NCBI RefSeq assembly: GCF_002113885.1
Contig: NW_018408896.1
Coordinates: forward strand, 124,001-188,000
Reading direction: 5' to 3'
Source: Mizuhopecten yessoensis
Lineage: Eukaryota
Length of the DNA: 64,000 nt
Positions 53,301-64,000 of this stretch are shown here, in pieces. Position 1 is the first letter of the stretch. Each line of letters begins with the position of its first letter. The translations under genes were made by a program, and so were the position numbers. The notes below the pieces were generated by a model that worked only from the letters and a program-made list of their open reading frames with translations, did not search any database and was not told the DNA's origin.

Positions 53301-56273
53301 TTATTTCCTTTTGACTTGCTGAAAAGGTAAACACTTTTTAAATGCATAGTTATGCTTATTTTTTCAAACAAACACGAAAAGAATTTTTTTTTAGAATAAA
53401 ATATAACCTGCAAAGACTATCAAGAGAAAATAACCATTAAACTAAGTTTTCTGCTTTATGTCATAACTCCCTTTCAAACAGGCCATGCAGGATTTGGTAG
53501 ACGAGGGTATGTGTAGATCCATAGGTGTGTCTAACTTCAATTCTAAACAGATCCAGAGGATTTTAGATCTTGGTTTGAAACATCCACTGTCATGTAACCA
53601 GGTACGTATAATAAACTGTGTTAAGGTAAGATATTGAAATGTTCTTTGCAAAACAGTGAATTAAAAATAATGATACAAACACCGTATATAACAACAACCT
53701 TCTTTACGAATGAAAGTAAACCAATAATGCATAAGTTTGAATTTACTGTTTACGTTATGACATTTTTTTGATATTAACATTTCCTGAATTTCAGATTGAA
53801 ATATCTCCCTATAATTCCAACGAAAGGTTGCTACAGTTCTGTAAATCCAAAGGAATTGTCGTAGTGGCTTATTCTCCCCTTGGATCTGCTGATCGACCTT
53901 GGTAAGTTGAAGAATTGGCAATTTCATCCTTAGCAGTATTTATTTTGAGGTTCAATACGTAATGAATACAATATGATTTTATTTCAGTTGAAAATTGTTG
54001 CTAAAAATTAGTTGCTTAATGCAAAATTGGATTGATGAAACAATGGCAAATTCATAATCATCCATTCGTTCTTTCAAAATGAAGTTTTCGAAATGTTCTT
54101 TGTCAAATTATTTTTCAACTGTGACATTGGTTCATTCCTTTTTCTTTGACACTTTTATATATGTTCTTTCGACGATAAGGGCCAAACCCGACGATCCAAA
54201 GTTGCTAGAAGAGCCGAAAATAGTAAAGATAGCTGCTCAATACAACAAGTCACCTGGTCAAGTAAGTATGATTTTAAAAATTCCCCTTCTCAAGTTATGA
54301 CTTTTGTCTTACTAAACTATTTACTGTTCAGTTAGGGTAACGGGTACAAACAATTTAAATCATAATATTACCACTGTCCAATAAGAATGTGTTTAAGTCC
54401 TTTTCAAAAGAAGTATTTCATAAAGAGCACAATCCTCGATGCATTTGACAGAATTATTGTTGCTGGACTTTGAATGTTTGAAAATAGACATTTTAATTAC
54501 CCATAGCCAGAAAAAAAATCGGTAATGTCATTTTCTATAGATAACTAAAAAAGAAGGAAAACGGAATACAACTTTTCTTTGCAATATAAGTGATGCAGTG
54601 GTACATTTGCAATTAACAGATCAACAAAGCGTCATGTTACTTTATTACTTTTAGTTAAACACTTTTTTGCTTTAAACTAAGGTTCTACTTCGATGGGGTA
54701 TACAAAGAGGATACATCATCATACCGAAGAGTGTGTCTGCAACCAGACAGAAACAAAACTTTGAAGTAGGTGTACATTGTATAGCATTGCTAATAGTTTG
54801 TTTAATTTACCTGTAACTTTATACATATAAGGGATAATACTAGATATGGTAGAAAAACAGCTCTGAAGTAGGAATTTTCTAGACGATCATAACTGCTTCA
54901 GTGGTATCCTGTAACTAAACGCGAATAAAAAAAGGAATGGATTTCAAAAAAATACATATGATCAAACAGACAGAATCACATAAAACATATGAGATCAACA
55001 ATAATACTGTTAATTAAGTTGTTTTATATTCCATTGATGTCTGTAGCTAAACAAAATATCAGGAGTAGAAGGCACTTTTTCAAATTGTCACCAAACAAGC
55101 TATTTACAATTTCATTCTAAGTTTATTGAATGTGAAGAGTAGAATCAAGTCAAGTCACGAGTAGCATCATACTGACGATATGAAAAACACATACAATAAT
55201 GTGTCGGTTCATCTTATAAATGCCTTTTACAGGCGTTTGATCTTGAATGATAATGAGAAATAAGAAATCTTCGAGCACGATAGAAATTACCGATCAGTCA
55301 AAACGAAACAGATTAAGCTATACTTGTCGACATACTTTTGATTTTTAATTACAGGTTTTTGACTTCACCCTGAATGATGACGACATGAAAGTCATACACG
55401 AGACCAACCGGAACTTTCGTGTTTGCACCTTCAATAATACTGAGTACGATTCATTTATTAAAAGCTTCATCCCGGGATAACACTCCCTTACGTAGCACAG
55501 GCATGTGGCGCCTAACAATGTCTTCTTACATTGTTTATGGTGTCAGTATATGCATTAACTTTCATTTCTCTTGTATATTTACTAACATTTCCTCTTATAG
55601 TTGTAATACATTATATGCTAAGGTTTTAATTCTGGACAGCACTATTGCATTTTGAGAAGAACATATATATAGAATATTTAAACCTTATTTTTTATTGAAC
55701 CATCATCTCATTTTGTCCAGTCACCGTTAACCTTACTACCATTCCGCATGTATTTTTCAGGTAATAGACAGTTCAAGACGTTCTTGAAACGAAAAAAAAA
55801 ATGCTTTGTTTTCTGATTCATTTATTTATTTATGTTTAGAATAAAATAAATTTACAACAATAATGGATTCCTAAAATTAGCTCTGCTATTATATTTTTAT
55901 TGTTTTACATATACATATACATTGTATAATAAGATGCCGGGACAAGAAACCATTTTAAAGAACACATAAGATATTCAATATATTTAAATGGTAGATATTA
56001 ACTCTGAGACAGGGGATAGTAATGTTTCTCTGTACTTGCAATAAAATATTTCAGTTTATCTAAATTGTCAAAATATTGAGAAATAGTGTTCTCCCAAAGT
56101 GTGACATACCTAAAATCATACCGTTCGTGAACCACTAAGAGATTTTGTAAACTTTTATATAACAAAGTGTCCGATCTATCGTCAGGCTATACATAAATTT
56201 TACTTCAAGATTTTGTTTCATTATTTTCAGAGCCACTCACAGCCCCTACTATCCTTTCCACGAAGAATTTTAG
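50338..56273 (+). CDS. AKR1B1-like: Aldo-keto reductase family 1 (aldose reductase-like), gene 6, 10 exons, 319 aa
   Basis: Exons 50338-50409, 51609-51776, 52148-52264, 52575-52652, 53482-53601, 53795-53901, 54180-54261, 54682-54765, 55355-55443, 56231-56273. All GT-AG, 960 nt in frame. Tetrad intact. Confidence 0.93.
51035..51458 (+). mobile_element. tRNA-derived SINE in gene 6 intron 1
   Basis: A-box-like TGGTCGAGTGA, B-box-like GATTTCGATCCC, L2-type 3' end TGTAAAGCGCTTTAGAG...GCGCTTTAT and (TTA)n tail. Absent from paralogous introns. Confidence 0.8.
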
Positions 56274-57301
56274 GAATGGACAACAATCAGGAAAACATAC
56301 GTTTTGTTCGACGAACGATGGTGATTCCCGTACACATTTCATTATGCTTTTATTCATATTCATAAGAATGTGATTTTACATAAAATTCCTATTTAACTCT
56401 TTTAAAATAAAGGTATGCTGCATCTTATCTAGCCTTTTGTATTATCGATCAGCTGTGCTGATGTATTGGTCATTTATCTGTTACTCATCAAATCAAAGTG
56501 TGTTACTACATGTTTATCATAGCAATATTAATTGGAAAATGCACTGCGTTGTGATTTTATAAGGAATCAAAGACGACAAGAGACGGCAACAGGAGCTCAG
56601 AACAATTCAAAACGAAAAGAAAGACATAATGTTCTTTCCAGCACCCAGAACCTCAATCAAACAACAGAAGCAACATATTTAGGAGTCTAAATCTAGGGAA
56701 GTATGTATGTCGCCAACAATTCAAAACAAATTGAACGCAGTTTTAATCAGTGCAGGTTCTAATTTGACATGCTAACGTTTAATGTCTTTAGCACATATTG
56801 AAGTTACTCTGGTATAGACATCGTTATTCAGTAGTTTATCGTGTATTTGGACTGCATTGATACTTGGAATAGACTTAAGAGTATCGACACAATTGCCAGG
56901 TTTTACATTTGTAAGCAGTGGAGACGTTATATGATGATAATGATGGTTAATGGAAAGCTAATGGTCAAAAGATCTATATATTTAACCTCCAAAACAACAC
57001 TTAGTAGAAATGTGACACTAATATTATTGCCTACGCATTTATTTAAGTCCAACGCCGTTACTAACACATGAACTGTAACACACATTGTTGAACTGCCATA
57101 TCGATTATCATGAGTGGTAGAATTGTCCTAACATTAATATCAACAACAACATTATTTATGCTGACGTAGGCGATTTGCTTACACCATGAAATATCTTACT
57201 GAATGATTGTGATAATAATTGGGTTTTGAGAACTTTGTCTCACCGATACGGTGTTATTCGTTGACCTTATGAGGGCATTGAATTATTTAACCTGTGTCAA
57301 C

Positions 57302-59546
57302 ATAAAGTCATAATCCACTATGAGACATTACTGTTAGGAAGCACAATAAGTCTGTTTGGTCAGATCACTTGAAACTTAGGATGTCGTTTTAGCTGGCAAT
57401 GGCAATGCTAAAGTTCACCTAGCTTAGAGAAGGTCTGTGAACATACGATATTTTAACCACAGATAGATTATACCAGGCCATATCACTTATCGATATTTGA
57501 ATTGTTGTCACGAAGCAGAATTTTATCATTTATTTGTTTAACTGAAGATAATATTTGAAACATCCGATTTCACTATTCGATATCTCAAAGTTTGTGTTAT
57601 CTCAAAAATGTGTATCGTATATGACTAACAGTCGATTCGGTTCTGTATTTCTCACTACTAAATTGGCTGACAATAGTTGTTATTGTAATCCCAGTTAATT
57701 AAAGTGAATATGGATTTTGTTTTCGGAACATATCAGTGTTATTCAAAGATTGTCAACAAAAAACTGGCTAATAATACTTTTTTGTACAATTAAAAACCAT
57801 TGATGTTTTTTTCATTATTTCGTTGATAGTCAGATCATCATGTTTTTGGAGACGTCACTAAAACAGCAATTAGATTAGGATATCGGCATTTCGACTGTGC
57901 CCTCGTTTCACCAAGACGGCCGGGGCTCGATTCACCGATCGTTCCCGAAATGAATCAATAAACGACAGAATACATTTGATAATATTGTTTTTTCAATGTG
58001 ATATCGAATTTTAGGGTAGTGATTAATTTTGTGGAAGATAACGTATGTTTCGCACCAAAGCGTATTATACTATCTTGCACAGTATACATGTGTACACAGT
58101 ACATAATGTGATTTATGTTTAAATTACCTCCCTTGTACCTTGTAAATAGTACCTATGTGATGCGTGCAATACCTGAGTGATACCAGTGAAGCATTTACCG
58201 TTTACCTTTTAAGTGTGTCCTCAATGGATACAATAAGTCAAAATTACTATTAGAATAAACAACCTTATATAGATATATCGGTTGTGTTCTTTGAAGATGT
58301 TGCAGATGTTGTTTTAAAATTTATAAAATATTACTTTATTTATGGAAATATTGCAACAACACTAAAATGATTAAGGAAGGTGTACGTTCATTTGATTCTT
58401 TCAGCATTTAATAACAACATAACTGTATTGACAAGCCATGCAGGATTTGATTGACCAGGGGCAGGGTATGTGTAGATCCAAAAATGTATCCAACTTCAAC
58501 TTAAAACAGACCCAGAAGATTTCAGATCTTGGTTTGAAACATCCTCTGTCATGTAACCAGGTAATTATATAAAAAAAAAATGTCATTTATGAAATATTGC
58601 AAACAAAAGGACCATTCTTGTTGTGATTACCGAACCGGAAACCATAAACGTAAGTTCGCCATTTGATAGCGGAAACAATTACCCTATCAGAACAACATTT
58701 AAAACTGTGATTAGCACCTCGTGCTCGTTTCTGTTTCCAAATTGAAATCTCTCCTAACAGTTCCCGTGAAAAGTTGTACCATTTCTGTAAATCCAATAGA
58801 ATTGTCTTAGCGGCTTTATTTCCCTCTGGAGTCTGGTGACAGACCACGGAGAGTAAATTACACGCATAATGTTACATCTGTTTCTGCTTTGACATATGTA
58901 ATTGATTGAACTATAGGTGTGATAAATTCCAATAAGCCACAGTCCCTTTTCAGCAAATCGATTATATATATAAACTTTCAAATTTTGATAAATGTGGATG
59001 ACTTTTTTTTTAATTAAACATAATTTGTCTTTGTTTGTTAATAGGAGGCACGGTAGCCTAGTGTTAGGACGCCGGGCTCGTGACCGAAGGGTTGCGGGTT
59101 CGAGTCACGGCACGGCACTGTGTTATATCTTTGAGCAAGATACTTTACTCCGCTTGTTTCAGTCTACCTAGCTGTAAATGAGTACGCGGTTGGCAGTTCC
59201 GGCTGTGTGCTCCCCAGTAAGTTGAGAAAGATATTGGCTGGTTGCTAAGGCCCTTTAACCACGGATAATAATCTGTGAACCGCTTTGAGACGACCCACGA
59301 ACTAGGTTGTGATAAAGCGGTATATAAGAAGAACCTCGAATTATTATTATAATTATTATTGATGTTGATTTAAACGTTGACGCTACATCTTAATGCTTAT
59401 ACATGTCAAGATGTTAACCTGTGTGTGGTGATAATAGGATGTGGTAAGTTTACTTATTTAAGGTGATACTCCGCTGCCGTTTGCAACGAGGGTGTATCTA
59501 TATACTTAAGACTGTGTCTGAAGCAAGGCTGAAACACAACTTAGAG
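57302..59546 (+). pseudogene. Heavily decayed AKR1 paralogue (gene 7)
   Basis: Exon 1 remnant ~57302-57375 (ETLLLG...GQIT*, TGG->TGA). Exon 2 remnant from 57830 ([15 protein letters not shown]). Exon 5 58435-58560 and exon 6 58741-~58848 have AG->AA acceptors, and exon 6 is frameshifted. Exon 8 59463-59546 (VILRCRLQRG). Exons 3, 4 and 7 not found. Confidence 0.85.
59044..59360 (+). mobile_element. tRNA-derived SINE with a CORE-like central domain and L2-like tail
   Basis: A-box TAGCCTAGTG, B-box GGTTCGAGTC, TTTGAGCAAGATACTTTAC...CAGTC...CTGTAAATG core, TGTGAACCGCTTTGAG...AAAGCGGTATATAAG and (TTA)n tail. Confidence 0.85.
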
Positions 59547-60055
59547 GTAGGTACAAAGTATCAGCATCTGTGTTGTGCTGTAGATGTAATGTGCTGGAGA
59601 CTAACTGAATAAACCGGCGATATACAGATCTTTCGAAATAAGTCCATCCCGAACTCCTTCTCTACAATTAAACAGTAAATCGTTGTAACTGACTGTGTTG
59701 TTTCCATCTCTTTAAAGATCAATTAAATTTCTTAACTGTTGACCATTCTATCATATAACGAAACAAGAGGAAGAAACATGAGGCAATATCATTTTTTATG
59801 ATGAAAATCAGTCAATCATTGAGCATTGACAGAGGGACCAAAACTCCGCGTCTATAACTTTAGCGGAATCAGTCATTTTTAATTTTATTCTGATTTTGAG
59901 AACACTGTTAAACGACAAAATTTACTTAAGTTTAGGTTATATTGAGAGAGAAAAACAATGATAATACCAATGTTTTGTTTTGCTGCGGGCCTCGTTACGA
60001 CTAATTAAGAACCGGATCAATGTACGCCTTCAATTCAGTACGCCTGGTATTTAAC

Positions 60056-60115
60056 ATTGGGAATAGGTAGCCAATAACTATTAGCTGTAATTCGTAGTCG
60101 GTCAACATGGCTGCC
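60056..60115 (+). promoter_or_regulatory. Putative proximal promoter of gene 8: two opposed CCAAT boxes and a YY1-like site over the start codon
   Basis: ATTGG 60056-60060, CCAAT 60071-60075, CAACATGGCTGCC 60103-60115. Confidence 0.4.
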
Positions 60116-63100
60116 ACCAAACATAAAGTTCCCAAAATGCGGTTTCTAAATGGTCAAGACTTCTGTCACTTTGTTGGACTTGGAACTGTTCAGGTTTGTA
60201 ATGCATTCATATTCGATAATCAATTAAGGTATATACGACATGTGTAAGTCAATGTTATTATGTACAAATTGATATATAACATGTATTGTAGCTACTTTAT
60301 TATACAGGTCTCGAACATTATAGGCTTGCAGTTAAAAATAAGGATTACAATATCCTTTTATTTAGTGTTTAAAGAAAAATATTTAGAGCTGAGTTTAAAT
60401 GTATAATGTTATTATTAAGTTTTAGTGTAACCATGTTGCATATATTGTAAATGTCTTCTTGTATTGTAGAATAACTTGATCATTTAAACATTGACATCTA
60501 TATGCGGTAAGGCCTGGTACTACGCCTCGTCTAATTAAGCATAACAAGTACTTAGAAGGCATAATACTGTAGTATCAAGGTTTTTAAATAATTGTTGGTT
60601 AACTCAAAACAACTCGTATAGAAACGTAACTTTAAGGGACAATCTCGAAGTTTTTAATCGATGCGATTATGTGAAATCAATATGTGTTTGTATTGTGAAT
60701 TTAATGTAGGCAAACTTATTATCTTTATTCAGTTTCGTCAAAATAACACTATAATGACATGAAAACATCAACTATATATACTAATATTGGAATGGTAGAA
60801 GTCGGAATACTACTAGAACTGCACGATTATATTCAACAGTCTGTGAACCCTAACAAGTATTCATAATACATATTTATTTTTGTATCTGATAAATCTTTAA
60901 AAAACAGATAATTATATCCGAATCGAACGTGATAATATTAAATTTAGTTTTCCTGTATTTTATTGGGATACGAGTGTCAGATGGCCGTAGACACTGTGGA
61001 GTCTGTGTGTTTGTCGGTGCTAACACGGGTAGCTATAACTATGCACTACCTCACTGGAACCTACTCACCCGCAAATAGCTATTTAAATACAAAAGGACGA
61101 TCGCGCCATTCTTAAAAGATTAGTCATCTTACTTCTACGAAGATTGCATCATGCCTGTTATGTTGTATAAAAATCCCACACACTGTATTTTTATATATTT
61201 CAGAACATTTTTGATTGTGAAACATCAATATAAGTGTGAAAGCATTATCATTTAAACACAAATCTTTAAAAGCAACATACGTCTTTACAAATGATGTACA
61301 ACGGGATTATAATAAGCCGGTATTATCTTTCCTTTATATATTCATTAAAAGGGTAGTTAGAACTTAACAACTTAAGCATTTATATGATATTACATTTTAT
61401 TGAAGACGAAAACATTTTTTATTTGAATGTACGAGTGTACATCTTATTCGCTACGTTTCGTAAATAATATTTAAGTTTGTAATTCAGTATACATGACGAG
61501 AAGTAAACCATGCTTTAACGTGTGTTTCTGTACAATTCGACTATACAGACAGAACTAAGTTATCATGCTTGCTATCAATACCCTTGAGTTGTATTATCCC
61601 ACCCGTCAAATCATAGATATATATAAACGATACGGAGCATTCTGGAGATTTTTCTCATCGTGATAAACGGTGTATCTTAAACACATGTTATGATCGTCTA
61701 TCGATACCACGTAATCTCAATATTTGTTACAACTCGAACAGCATACATCCATACACATAAAGCCTCTGATAGACACCGGAGTGTCTACTAAAACATTGGT
61801 TCTTTCTCAAATCTGACGACGACGTAGTGACTGCAAAATACAGCTATGTTTTATATACATGTTGTACAATTCCAGATATGCATAGGAATGTAACCAAATC
61901 ATAGTATCTTGTTATTGCGTTATTGCAGAGATGACCCTAACGCCGTACTAATGATTTGATAGAATAACGTTAGACAAACGTTTCTTGTCCATTCCCATTT
62001 ACAATGGTGTGATGTTACTCTCTAATAGCTCCGAGGAAATGCAGCTTCAGTCATAGTTTAGGCCATTCACAAAAATATAATAGCGTATTAGTGTTAACAA
62101 GATGGAAACAAAAAGATGGTCTAGGTCTGTAATACAATATAAACGACTATCTTGTCAGAGGCTACATTTACCAATAATAGCCAATGACGTTCATTCCATT
62201 ACGAAGTAAATACTTGTCCTTGTTTTCAAAGTAAATGCCACAATTTGATCAATCGATCTTTTTTTCAAATACTTGTAAGAAAAATGATCGTCACATTAAC
62301 CCCCTTATCACCCATACACCCACTTCTGTGAACCGTTTGTTCCACGTCGACATCACAGGAAAGGGGATGAAACATGATGGGTATATTTTGATCTTTGGGA
62401 TATTTCATTAGATCCCAATTTACCAAAGTGTAGGAACACAGTTCAAAGCATAGCTGTGGACGGGGAGAACGTGGTTGCCAGGTCACAGTTATTAATCAGA
62501 AGGATGTTAAGTCAGAAAAGGGCTCACATGTACACTGTATGGGTGAAACTCTCTCTTCCATGGGTCAGCTTATTACATGTCTCAGATGTTGTGTCATTTA
62601 TAAAAAAAAACATGCAATCTACACCGTTGCTTAACTTTTAAAACTAAAACACATCACTTGTATACCAATTTACTCATCATACACCACTCAGAACGACATT
62701 GTTCACATCAAATAACTTTCTATCTTGAGGACTTGTCTTCATCGCAATTTCCACACATATTATGCTAAAATATAGCCAGTTGTAAAATGTTGAACATTCA
62801 CCCTGAATGATCAGACCTGGAAGTTAAAATAGCCGATTATTTTTAAACTTAAAGCTGATGACGCACGCGCTGAAAAACGGGTCGTTAATTTTCCCTTAGA
62901 TTCGACGTTAATTGTCGATGAGATAAATGAGATATATCTATTCTTGAAACGTGTTTATATGAATCTGGCAGTAATGTACCAATCATCATCATATTTGATT
63001 GAAAGTTGGACCTTTGTTTCTTTCAGAACCCGGATGAAGTAGGACCTGCCTTAAGAGAAGCCATAGATCTGGGGTACCGTCACATTGACTGTGCAGCTCT

Positions 63101-64000
63101 GTTCAAAAATGAAAAAGAAATCGGGGAGATTCTTAAAGAGAAAACAACACTTGGAACAGGAACAATTGATCGAGATGACTTCTTTATTACATCCAAGGTA
63201 CATCTGTGTGTATCTACACTAAAATTCTAAAGCACTTATTTTGACACATTTGTATCACCAGTCGATGAAATATTTCCCTCTTTATGACAAGTTGCTTGTT
63301 TTGAAGAACGCACCTTAGTTTCCGAAACGTTATGGATGACCTCAATTGAGATAACAATATCCAAAAAAAAGTCATTGACATAGATCGACAATGAGATATG
63401 TCGTTAAACCAAGATCATCTTTACATATCAAGTAATAGACTGGTATTATACTATAAATACGCGATATGAAAAAGCTATAAAGTAAATAGTGTGACTAGGA
63501 TTACAGATATACCATTCTTTCTAACATTTTTCCGTAGATTTGGGGAACAGATCTTAGACCAGAGAAAAGTCTCGAATCCCTCAAGAAAACACTGGGAGAC
63601 CTGGGACTGGAATACTTAGATCTCCTGCTTATTCAGGTTCCTTTCGGGCTTAAGGTAAGTTGGTATTGGTCCTAACTCGTAGGAGCAGTTAGCTTTTTCG
63701 CATTCAGACACAAGACCAGTAAATAAGGCGTATTAAACAGTTATGCTTTTCCATTGTTTTTCATTCAATGATCTCGTTAATGGATGTGTGGCTTGTAAAG
63801 TGTCACAATGTTTCAACCGAATAATTGCAGGAAACTATGATTGCAATGTCAGGAGGAGAGATATGATTTTAATAAGAAACGACACCGATTGAATGATAGT
63901 GAAATCATTATACTGCCATATGCTTATTTTAGGAAGGAGACGAATGTTTTCCAAAAGAAGAGGATGGAACCTTTAGCTTAACGGATGTAGATTACGTAGA
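60107..64000 (+). CDS. Divergent aldo-keto reductase family 1 protein (gene 8), 5' part only; catalytic Tyr->Phe and His->Gln (candidate pseudoenzyme)
   Basis: Exons 60107-60193 (MAATKHKVPKMRFLNGQDFCHFVGLGTVQ), 63027-63197 (..GYRHIDCAALFKNEKEIG..FFITSK), 63538-63654 (IWGTDLRPE..LEYLDLLLIQVPFGLK) and 63933->64000 (EGDECFPKEEDG..). All GT-AG, phase 0, no stops. Confidence 0.88.

Noticed and set aside
57370-57372. In-frame TGA as selenocysteine
   Set aside because: It replaces a Trp codon in a copy with many other disabling lesions; it is an ordinary nonsense mutation.
10156-58847. Recurrent minus-strand ORFs (e.g. 10156-10407, 26983-27186, 38839-39042, 53442-53927, 58401-58847) as an antisense gene family
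   Set aside because: They are reverse-frame shadows of conserved AKR exons 3, 5 and 6; similarity stops at exon boundaries.
59044-59125. tRNA gene (also at 51035-51105)
   Set aside because: A/B boxes are present, but each runs into a SINE body and L2-like tail with no convincing cloverleaf; these are SINE heads.

Overview
This is AT-rich eukaryotic (animal) genomic DNA; the repeat types suggest a lophotrochozoan invertebrate, probably a mollusc (inference). The window is a head-to-tail, + strand tandem array of aldo-keto reductase family 1 genes with the 10-exon AKR1B1-type structure. I traced the exons by hand through GT-AG junctions. There are five intact paralogues (1642-13336, 17035-23271, 25693-32264, 35264-43797, 50338-56273), all keeping the catalytic D/Y/K/H tetrad. 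Two copies are broken (45315-48077 truncated; about 57302-59546 decayed). An eighth, more divergent gene (from 60107, running off the window) is open and cleanly spliced but has catalytic Tyr->Phe and His->Gln, so it is a candidate pseudoenzyme. Other points of interest are a 1046-bp tandem amplification of gene 1's promoter plus exon 1, a ~340-bp inverted intronic duplication bracketing exons 5-8 of gene 2 (circRNA/exon-skipping geometry, 393-nt in-frame circle), and hypervariable substrate loops beside near-invariant exon cores. Introns and spacers carry many insertions (CR1-group LINEs, tRNA-SINEs, MITEs, a Helentron-like element, a 41-bp minisatellite). Most ORFs in the supplied track are exon fragments or noise.
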